Assembly: GCA_973895155.1 (NCBI GenBank)
Contig: OZ316893.1
Span: 23,830,015-23,894,014 of the forward strand
From: Marsupella aquatica
Taxonomy: Eukaryota; Plantae; Marchantiophyta
Reading direction: 5' to 3'
Length of the DNA: 64,000 bases
Under the pieces are notes generated by a model. The model ran no database searches. It was not told where the DNA came from and saw nothing but the letters and a program-made list of their open reading frames with translations. Position 1 is the stretch's first letter. Every line of letters starts with the position of its first letter. Positions 27,248 through 37,064 of this stretch are shown here, piece after piece. The position numbers and the translations under genes were made by a program.

Positions 27248-30200
27248 TTACTCAATGAATATTTCTTCCTCTTGCTTTTCAGGTTCTTCATCTTCTTCTT
27301 CTTCCTCCTCTTCTTCCTCTTCTTGGTCTGAATTGATGGGATCTTCCTCTAAAAAACGTGTTCGCCTTTTGAATATTTTCACTCTTTTTCTTGCATAAGG
27401 CACACGATGAATTGCTCCATCCAATTCACGGAGAGTGTAAGTGGAATTTGGGTGAGTAGTAACTACTACAAATGGGCCCCTCCAACGTTGTGCAAATTTC
27501 TTGATCGAGGAGTGATCTTGTCCGAGTCCGCCTTCAGAAACTAAGACCCAATCCTCTTCTTGGATTGTCTTGGGTCTCAATCGATGGGTCTTGTCAAAGC
27601 GGGATTTGTTAGCCATTCTCTTTTGCTTCAATTGTTTAATGGCGCCTTGGATCTTTGTAGGAGTGTGATCAAACTGCTCTATGCGACGAAGAATCAAATC
27701 GTCTTGAGATACACCATCCTCCCACTCTATTGCCCTCCAACTATTAATGTCTTCTTCTATTGGCATGAGTGGAAGTTGACCATTGATCAACTCTGAAGGT
27801 GCATATCCTATTATCGATGTGCAAGTTGTTCTGTGTGCCATGAGTGCTAGGGGAAGGAAATTTGGCCAAAGTGAGGTTCTTCCCTTGCATGCCTTAATCA
27901 AGGCATTCACAATTGGTTGGTGTCCCCTCTCACTCTTGCCATTACCTTCAGGATTGTAAGCAGTTGTCAATTTGAGATTCACCCTAAACTTCCTGAAAAA
28001 TGCAACCGCTTCCTCTGCATTGAGCTCCCCTCTGTCTGCCCTCATGCGATCAAAGCATCCATACCTTGCAATGATGTCCTCCAATACAAATCTGCATATT
28101 GCCTCGGTCTTATTTGTTGTCAAGGCTCTACCTTCAATGTAAGAGGAGAGGTCCTCAATAGCCAAGACAAGGTACTTGGCTCCTCTTACTCCTCTCGGTA
28201 TGTGTACCACATCTACAGCCCATTGGTAGTGTAGGGAAAGAGGGTACATGGGTTTTAGTCCATCTCTATGCTTCACCTTCGAGTAGAGTTGACACACTTT
28301 GCAAGTTTCCACATACTTGCTTACATCTACATACATTCCTGACCACCAATATAGTCTTCGAATCCTTTCATAAGTAGCTTCTCGCCCCTTATGTCCTGCC
28401 ATGTCGGAATCATGTAAGTCATGTAAAATTTTGTGTTTCTCTTCATCTCTACCAATGACCCTTAGAAGTATGTGCCCCTTCTTCTTTGGATGCTTCCAAA
28501 GGGATCCACCTCTTACCATGAATTGGTAAGACTTCTTCCGAATTTTGTTGAAGTCTTGCTTACTCCATGTTGAATCTTTCTGCAACGTGGCAAGGTAACG
28601 TCCTATCTGTAACAATTCCCCAGAATAAGCTTCCTCTTCAAACCTCAATTCCCCTTCATCTTCTCCATATGTACTATGAAGGCACATTCCTTGGTCCTCC
28701 TTGTCCCTATAACGAGCTCGGGAAAGCATATCAGCTACTGGATTATCTCTCCCAGCAATGTGCTTTAACTCAGGATTAAACATTCTGATGAATGCTATCC
28801 ATCGAAGCATTGCAATATCTGGAGTATCACAATTGGCTATCATTCCCAACAAGGGTAGGCAATTTGTCTCCAGTATTACATTTGCTCCTATCAAATAGTC
28901 TCTTTCTTGGCGAAGTGCTACCTTCGCACCCCACAACTCTCGTTTTACTTGAGGATAATGCCTGTCTTTCTGTAAATATTTTTGCCCCAAACCGTGCGGC
29001 AAACCTTTGTCCTTCCTCATCTTGCCCAACTGCCCATCCAGATGCATGAGGACTTGAGTCAATGGTCACAATTATTGGGTCAATACCATTGTACTTCAGA
29101 GGTCGTAATACCGGTGAGCTAGTCAAAGCTTCTTTCAATTGTTGCATAGCCTTTGTATGGCCTGCACTCCATACAAACCTCACATTCTTCCTTAGAAGAT
29201 CATAGAGAGGTTCTGCAATGTGAGCAAAATGTGGTATCCATATTCTGTAGAAGATGCAAGCCCCAAGAAATCTCCTTACCTCTGAGGTAGTTCTGCAGTT
29301 CTCCATATCCTTGATGGCATCCACTTTTGCTTCACATGGTCTTCTTCCATAAGGGCCACAAACTTGCCCTACTACCATGATCTCTTGTAACCCGAAAGCT
29401 GACTTCTCTCCAGATAGAGTTACTCCTACTTCCTTGAGTCTTTGTAGAATAGCTCCCACATCTTGTAAGTGCTCCCACACAAACTGTCTCAGACCATCTC
29501 CTCTAAGTGTTTGATCCCTCTCCTTGTACAAACACCCTTTTATGGGGATGTCATCAAGAAAAGGTCTAGTCTTCTCTGGAACAAACGGTTGCAAAATCCT
29601 ATTCATGGCATTTTACAAATGGGCCACTGAGTTAGTTGCACCTTGAGGAAGGGTGCACATTCTCAACAACCCTAGTGGCGTTCTCATAGCAGTAATGTCT
29701 CTGCTATCTTGGGCAAGCTGAAACTGATCATACCTTGAGTATAAGTCGCCAATGGAGTAGATTGCTCTCCCAGCAAACTCCTCAGCAAACTCATCCACCA
29801 CAGGTCCTGTGCCCACATTCCTTATGGTGACCTTGTTTGGTGGCTGCATGTCTTGAATGAACCTTAGCTTCCCATTCTTCTTTCTCACCGTGAACCACCG
29901 ATTTGAGTACGGAGCGTTTGATCTCTCAAGGATTTTGGCATCTAACTTCTCCTTGAGTAACTCCACCAATTTAGGCATCAGTGCTCGTGGCACAGGAATT
30001 GGCTTAAGGTCCCAAGGAACATGTGGAACAGTGAAGATTACCATTGGTGTGATCTCCCTTGGATCAGCACATCCAATCTCTCCAATGGAAAAGGAAAAGG
30101 CCTTTTCATGTTTGATGATCATCTCCTTGAAGGCTCTTCTCTCTTCCTCTAGTAAACCCTTATCACCAATCTTTAATTTGAGCAACGTCTCCTCAGTGAA

Positions 30201-32991
30201 TTTATGCCCAATCTTAGTACGATCTCTAAGACTTGGCTCCTCCTTTGCTTGCCTCAATATTTCCTTAGCCTCAGATGGCAAGGGAACTGCTGCAGGTCGC
30301 ACCTTCTTGTCCACTGTTTTGTACTTTGTGTGTACTTCTGCAAAGCGCTCAATGTAACCATACACATCCCTTTCCACCTCCACTTCTCCATTTTCTTCCT
30401 CAATGTCTCCAATAATCTCTCGAAGAGAGGGTGATAATCCCCTTTCCTCTAGTACTCCTTCTATTCTCTCTTCAACCTTCAACACTCCTAATGTGAACAA
30501 ATCTTTTTCTTTCTTTTCCAACATCTTCTGAGCTCGCCTCTTCACACCACCTTTATGAAAATAGCTCACTTCACTAGTCCTACTCACACCAACAAAAGAG
30601 GAATGAACCTCCATAGACGAGACTAAAGGCTTGGCGTCCTGCCTGCTCGTTTCTCTTAGCGGGACGCCTAGTCGAAACCCTTCATACTCTGATCGGACCT
30701 GTACTCCTCCACTGTTCTTAATTCCCGACGATCTCTTGTACTACCTGGCCGAAGTGTGGGAAATTGAATCTTCTTCAAGTCATCCTTGCTCTTCACTTTT
30801 GCCATGTGAGTACCATCGTCAAGTACCATGGTCTCTACTCGTAATTCCGTGATGAAAGAAACACCAAGAATAAGAGGATATGGAAGTTTTTCAAATACAA
30901 AGATATTGATAGCTTCTACCACATTCCCAAGTTTGATCATGACATGCTCCCCACAAGGGATTTGCCCTTGTGCCCACTGAATTGACATTCCATTTGATGT
31001 CACAATCAATCTTTCAATGCCCTTTTTGGTATGTCTCTTTAGACATTAGATTCAACTCAGATCCTGAGTCTAGGAGTGCCCAAATTCCTCCTTCAGCACC
31101 AAGCAATTGCACCTCAATCTCCGGGCAAGCTCTTGCCCAATACGGTTGGATTGTTTCCCGCAAATCCACCTCATGTAGGGCTACATTGCCATGAATACCT
31201 GAAGTTGCTTCATGGTGACTCATGGTAGCACAAAATACATTTCCCTCCAATTCTTCTTCTTCTTCTTCATCTTCTAGATCATCTTCATAGTCATAGCTAA
31301 GAATCTTGGCAGTTAGTGCATGAGGTCCCTCCTTGTAAACCCTTTTTCTTCTTGCCCTATCCAAGATCTTGCCTTGTAAGTCTAAACGAAGACTTCCAAA
31401 AAGTTCTCCATTAGTGAACCCCCTAGCCTCTTGCTGCCAAAATTTCTCGGCAATCACTTCTGGATCAACAGTTTGCTCCACCTCTCTAGTAAGCAAATAG
31501 CCTGGGCTCTTCTTAGCACCTTTCTTTGGGGTGTCAGTATCCATTGAGCTTCCATGGGAGATTTCTTCTTGACTCTTGCTTGTGGACGCTTCAGGCTCCT
31601 CAAATCGTACTCCTTTCTCTTTGGCTTGACGTGTGAAGCGAGGTCCTACTTCGGGTCTCTGTTGTTTTTCTCTCCTTTGGGTTTCTTCCATAGAAGTGCC
31701 TTCATACCTCCTCTTATCTTCCACAGCGGCATTCCATGCTGCTCCTACTTCCGCAGTGATAGAGTTGATCAACACAGGCACATCCCAACCGGATTTTCTC
31801 CTGATACTTTCTGCAAGTCTCTTCCTCTCAATAATATCAAGATGCTCTATGGAAGGCAGATCCTTCTTAACTTGAAGACTGAAGACAGAAGGATCACCAT
31901 ACATCGCTGCAGCACTAGAAACTTTCTCTCTCATTCTCTGTTCCACAATCTGCTTCATTCCTCCTCGGTTCACATTCATTGGTATTGGCTCTCCAGAATC
32001 AACAAATGCAATCTTCCCTTCCACAAACTTGACATGTCGAAGTCACAATGCTTCTGTCAGTTCTCCACAATCCCTTCTGTGATGCTCCTTGCTATCACAC
32101 CACAAACAATTCCAGTTTTTATTCAAGGCTGCTAGTGATGTTCCACCAGGGTTTTTGTTCTCCAAGGCTTGAATTGAAAGAGCAAGCTTTGCTATCATGT
32201 CTGTCAATGATGCTATGTCGCCCCCTTCTGTGATGCTGCTTTTGACTTCTTTTTCTCCTCCATCAGTAGTGCTTTCTTCTCTGACTTTTCTCAAGTCTAG
32301 AATGGGAGCTTCCGCTTCTTGATCGACCTCCCTTCTCCTCCTTTGCTTTGTCACCTTGTGGATTGCAGCTTCTGCTTGTTCCCAAGTGACTTCATCCGCA
32401 TCTGGAGCAATAACATCTAGAGCATTGTCCAACTCTACCCTCAAAGGTATATCAGCTGCACGGATCAAAAGACCCCCTCTTATGAGACTGATTATTGTTA
32501 GATCCTTTGAAGATAGCTGATGGTAGCGCCTATTGAATTCCCTCAATAATTCTTGAGGTCCCAATTTCTTGTTTTTCTCTTGTACCCAACCAAGGAACGT
32601 GGCTGCAGTAACTCGATCTGGATCTTCAAATCGAAACTCCTCTCGATCTCACCCTCATTTCAAATGTTTTCCAATCCTCTTTGGCTCCTTCCGCAATCTT
32701 GGTGATGATGTCTTTTAATTCTGATTCCACCAATGATGCAAATTCATGAATGGCAACCTTCTCACTGATGTTGTGGATGGCTACCTCTGTCCAATACTCT
32801 TTCAAGTACCGGGTTGCTCTTCTCCCATCGAACTGCCCAAACTTTGCTAACAAGGCTTGTAAGCACTTGGTCATACGACTTGCTTCCTCCTTCTTCTGGT
32901 TCTCAGGTGCCTCTCTTCGTGCTTTGGCCTCCATCAAACTCATAAACATCTCAGTCATCTCTTCCATAGTTCCTCCTACCATTGTGAACAA
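27248..32991 (-). pseudogene. Gypsy B gag-pol (frameshifted, stops)
   Basis: Gag knuckle CLWCDSKEHHRRDC; protease ALLDSGSELN; RT YSNRWFTVRKK..LRF, LPQGATNS, PFLDDIPIKG; RNase H TIDSS, DNPVADMLSR; integrase H-H-C-C, RADRGE, YNPEGNGKSER, WRGPF. Confidence 0.93.
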
Positions 32992-33103
32992 CTTCTCCTT
33001 TGCTTCTATTTTCTATCAAGCTTCTTCTCTCATCAATATCCTTTTATCTTTGACACTAGCCTCAAGATAATCCCCGAGATAATCCCCAGTATGGTCGCCA
33101 ACA

Positions 33104-34631
33104 TGTCTGGGGGAAAAATGTGGTTCTTGAGGAAGCACCGGGCCTATGGCTGCTAGTGTCAAGAGAGAACTTAAGTTAAGATCATGATTACTATTCTAGA
33201 CTGGGTAGCAGATACCACAAGGAACGGTTCCGTGGATGAAAGCACAACATCATAACCCTTTTCTCCATACCTACGGACTATTGCCTCCTTGGCAGCTACC
33301 TTGGGTCGAGTTACAAAACGAATATCTCCCAACGAGAAAGAAACGGGAGGCTCATCGGAGGGAGGTTTGTTGAGATCCATCTCAATACAAGATAAAAATT
33401 GTGCAAGCCCAATCCTGCCCGTAAACTACATAAGGGTATACAATTGGCTCTATTAAATTTAATACCGCAGTTGCAAATGCTTCTCCAAAGTGAAAAGTCA
33501 TATGCTGGCGCATTATCTCTTTTTGGAGTACATGAATTCTAATAAGGAAAGGATTAGGGAGTGGAAGAATAGGTACTGGTCTGGGCATTATCGTACTATC
33601 AAATATTCCATCCAACTAATTTTCATTCTAATGACAAGAGATAGAATCATTCAACGAAAAGATCATTCATTTCAAACAAATATCATGCATTGAGTTAACT
33701 CTAAGTATATACATGCAGATGTTTATCTTAATAGGTTGATCTTCTTTTGAATGAAAATACTATCTGAAGGTCCAACTCATACAAAATACCTATGGCCGAG
33801 CCGAAGCTCTAAGCAAGAGTGCATGAGTGGATCTACTTCATAAGGATTTCACCCAAAAGGGAGCATATGATGTCAAGGCATTGTTGAACACTTTCCAACT
33901 CTTTAGAACTTAATAACCATCTCCTATCAAATGACAACACTTTCTGAAGGTCCAACTCATACAAAATATCCCTGGCCGAGCCGAAGCTCTAAGCAAGAGT
34001 GCATGAGTGGGTCTACTTCATAAGGGTTATATTCATAGAAGAGATCATCAAGTCCAATGGATTTTTAAGACTTCACAACTTAGTTGATGAAAAATGGGGA
34101 GTGAGGGGAGAGAGCCCCTCTCCTCTTTATTTATAGTGCTCACACCTCAAGCACACGGATCAAGCATGGCACACGGATGGAAGCCATGTGTCACACATCC
34201 AAGGCAAGTAAGTGTGCTAGTACTGTAGTTACGTGAGCGGAGTAACTATAGACAGTACACTGTAGCATGCACACTGTAGATCGTACACTATAGCATGCAT
34301 ACTGTAGATCGTACACTGTAACATGCACACTATAGATCGTACACTGTAGCATGCACACTGTAGATCGTACACTGTAGCATGTACACTGTAGCATGCACAC
34401 TGTAGATCGTACACTGTAGCATGCACACTGTAGGTCTTGCACTGTAGCATGCATACTATAGATTGAACGATATAGCATGCATACTGTAGACCGTGTACTA
34501 TAGCATGCACACTGTAGATTGTGCACTGTAGCATGCACACTATAGACTGCATATGCGAGAATTTAAACTACTATCCTATACTACTAAGCTATACTTAGGA
34601 GGAACTTACTAAACAAAGAATCCCCACGACA
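33104..34631 (-). repeat. Gypsy B 5' LTR
   Basis: Near-identical to 25548-27075; PBS adjacent. Confidence 0.95.
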
Positions 34632-35579
34632 GCGGCATCTCCCCTGCCGCTACCTCTCCCTTTCCCTTTTCCACTTCCCGAAACCCGACCAGAAGTTGTA
34701 GGTTCGTCCACGTCAATATGTGTAGAGGATTGCAATGGTTCTTTCTGCCTCGATATTTTATCAGCATTAGAACCACCGCTTCCACTTGAACCTGGTTTCT
34801 TGAAAACAATTTTGCGGACAGGTTTGAACTCTTCACCCACAAGTCTCTTGTACTCTGCATTCACCCTTGGAAGCATGATGGCATCACAATCTTGCACATA
34901 CTGGCCGATCCAAGCCGAACCCATAACAATCATCTCTCTTGCTGCCCGAACATCGGCAACAAGGGGATCTTCTGGATAACTGTCCATCGATTTCTCATCA
35001 AAGTTATCGAGAGTAACAATGAGAGATGTGAAACCCTTGCGCCCACACATTGTCAAGAAACTAAGGCCCTCTGTCAACACTTTTCCCTCCCCGTGGCCAA
35101 CCATGAACTCGACGACGGCAATAGCAATGACAGGGCCATACGAAACATTAACCTTCGCCGATTTTTGCAACTGGACCCAAAGGATTGGGGTAACACAATC
35201 TTCAAAACCCGTGGACTGTAATCTGGCGTCACGGAAGTACCATGACTTCTTGATACACTTGATCTCTTCACAAATGTCTTCACTTGTCCAAATTGCATTG
35301 GTGAGGCTTGTCATGAGACTTTCTGCCTCAGCAGATCCACTCTTTCCACTAGCAGCCATGGAAAAGTCTGCAAATAAACAAATTCCAATGCAAAGAGCGA
35401 TAAAATTATCGCTGCCAATCTCACAGCACATGTGGACACGATATCTCATCACACAAGGACAAAGAGACCGATAAAATTATCGCAAAAGTGAGCCTTCTTT
35501 AAATTGACGGCCGAGTGTACAGGTCGAAGAATCAGCTATGGAACCCTAAATCCAAAACCTTAACCCCTAAACCTAAACC

Positions 35580-36293
35580 CTAATCATAGTTGAACCTCGC
35601 CAGAGCAAAGCATTCGATCCGCTTCTTGGGCCATTGGGGAATATGAGTGACGCGATGATCATAAGCCCACAGCCAATGGAAATCAACTTCACCAGTCTCA
35701 GGATTCACTACTGCTACTGAATACCGGCGTGACGGAATGTCACAACAAGCATTTGTGCAGCATGGACAGATCTCACCATTGGCAAGGACGTTCGTCCACA
35801 GGCAACTTACATAGATCAAGTTAAAGAGCCCACAGACCGGCTGGGGGGGGAGTTGACGAATCTTGTATGAATATAGTTTCCCACCAGTGTCAATAAAAAA
35901 CTCGGTGGCAAGAGGATTGTCCAGCTCGTCAATCACATCCTGAATCTCATCGAATGCTCTACGTCTATTTTCGGCATAGAATTCTGGCTCATAAGCAGGA
36001 TTGCCCTTCACAACATGACAGTAGTGGAGTATAAAACATCTTACTGCACTGGTGTTCAGAAAGAGTAGGATAACTCTTCTAGAAAATCCAACATATCTAT
36101 CCCACCGAATATAAATTTCTCCCCCTACCTGATCTACGTAGAAGTGAAATGCGTTATGGTAAAACGGTTTTACTACCAGCCTGCATATCTTTAAAATTAG
36201 TGACTCATCCAGCCTCCTTAGCTGGTCCAGCATGGCTCCATTCCCCCATTCTGGAGGATCCGGGAAGGGTACAAAAATGCGTCGCTCGAGCAT
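35580..36293 (-). CDS. Cargo ORF (237 aa) with a weak F-box-like N-terminus and Cys-rich C-terminus
   Basis: Uninterrupted ATG-start ORF; LDQLRRLDESLILKICRLV resembles an F-box; C-terminal ICPCCTNACC. Confidence 0.5.
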   Translation of the reverse strand: MLERRIFVPFPDPPEWGNGAMLDQLRRLDESLILKICRLVVKPFYHNAFHFYVDQVGGEIYIRWDRYVGFSRRVILLFLNTSAVRCFILHYCHVVKGNPAYEPEFYAENRRRAFDEIQDVIDELDNPLATEFFIDTGGKLYSYKIRQLPPQPVCGLFNLIYVSCLWTNVLANGEICPCCTNACCDIPSRRYSVAVVNPETGEVDFHWLWAYDHRVTHIPQWPKKRIECFALARFNYD

Positions 36294-36581
36294 GGCCTGA
36301 TCACCGAATAGAAATCAGGAATAAATTTTGGAGAATATACTAATTACAATTCTACAAGTTTCATCCAACTTACAGTACCTTGTATAACGGGCTGTGAAGC
36401 CAATCTTGTCAGCTAATCGTCCGAAGAGGCGCAAAAAAATACACTCTGGACCACACAACCCGAAGTCAGGGGAGGCAGAGTCAATTATATTCAAAGTATT
36501 TCTTTACAAGCACCCAAAATCGACTAGAGGAATGAGGAGTGCGATAAATTTATCGGATGTTCGCTGCAATGCCTCATCCAC

Positions 36582-37061
36582 TCAGACTCGTCCATGCCAT
36601 GCAAGAATTGTCCGCTTCCCGCTTTCTCCAAGATTCACCCAAACTCTAAGAAACGCATCTAATCGGTCATACGAGAAGCACCCAAGCATATCTATGGGAG
36701 GGAGGAAATGAGTTTCCTCTCGGAAGACCCTAGCAATATGTAGGTTTGAGAGAAGGACGGCATTAGGAATGCTTGCGAGCATTTTGTTTATGTCATTGAT
36801 CTCACGGACTACATATTTCAATAGCGCCCAAAATCGTGTACCAACAACAAGATGGTTCCATTTCTTCGAGGTGGCTCCAAGACAAATGATTGTTCTCATT
36901 CGAGTCAGTCGTTCTTCTGGTAGAAGTTTTAGGTCAAGGCCAAGGTGTTCATCTTGTGTGCAAGACAAGGCTAGGAGGGGCCAAATGTGAGATTCAACGA
37001 GTTCATCGGGAAGTCCATTCAACAAACTTCCGCCATGAGCCCACCAAACCCAATCCTTCAC
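36582..37061 (-). CDS. F-box-like cargo ORF, probably 5'-truncated
   Basis: LLNGLPDELVESHIWPLL ... LGATSKKWNHLV....W matches the F-box pattern LPDEL....I...L ... S+.W..lv. Confidence 0.6.
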   Translation of the reverse strand: MKDWVWWAHGGSLLNGLPDELVESHIWPLLALSCTQDEHLGLDLKLLPEERLTRMRTIICLGATSKKWNHLVVGTRFWALLKYVVREINDINKMLASIPNAVLLSNLHIARVFREETHFLPPIDMLGCFSYDRLDAFLRVWVNLGESGKRTILAWHGRV

Positions 37062-37064
37062 AAG

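Larger units (their letters stand above)
25548..34631 (-). mobile_element. Full-length Gypsy B LTR retrotransposon
   Basis: Two 1528-bp LTRs with TG...CA ends; 4-bp TSD GCGG (25544-25547 and 34632-34635); PBS TGGCGACCATACTGGGGA on the minus strand just inside the 5' LTR; purine-rich tract next to the 3' LTR; order gag-PR-RT-RH-INT. Confidence 0.95.
22781..35359 (-). pseudogene. ParB-like domain plus beta-class N4C/N6A DNA methyltransferase fusion gene (~1050 aa), split by Gypsy B and one TAG
   Basis: Exon 1 = 35359-34632 + 25543-25303 (joins in frame after removing Gypsy B and one TSD: GDAA-GTSD); intron 25302-25141; exon 2 = 25140-24070 (IRPVD..HV..I, YRIIGGNH; TAG at 24703-24705); intron 24069-23894; exon 3 = 23893-22781. 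Both introns are GT-AG, phase 0. Confidence 0.85.
18379..36555. repeat. Dispersed 14-bp palindrome, consensus CGATAAATTTATCG, 17 copies
   Basis: Starts at 18379, 18506, 18578, 20567, 20654, 20712, 20770, 22597, 22664, 22723, 23950, 24025, 25180, 25248, 35398, 35469, 36542 (0-2 mismatches); all intronic or intergenic. Confidence 0.92.
17842..37060. mobile_element. Sola-like cargo DNA transposon (transposase, ParB-MTase, two F-box-like ORFs); right end apparently deleted
   Basis: Sharp left junction after ATTT (17838-17841) inside LTR A; TCGGA/TCCGA-rich subterminal zone; element-restricted palindrome. Right boundary approximate, where Gypsy A gag-pol resumes; no right TIR or TSD seen. Confidence 0.72.

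Noticed and set aside
36890-37060. N-terminus of the 439-aa plus-strand ORF as part of gag
   Set aside because: It is antisense to the F-box-like ORF and reads through a deletion junction.
17842-37060. Bacterial or phage contamination explaining the ParB-MTase
   Set aside because: The gene has spliceosomal introns, is interrupted by an LTR element with a TSD, and is nested inside plant TEs.
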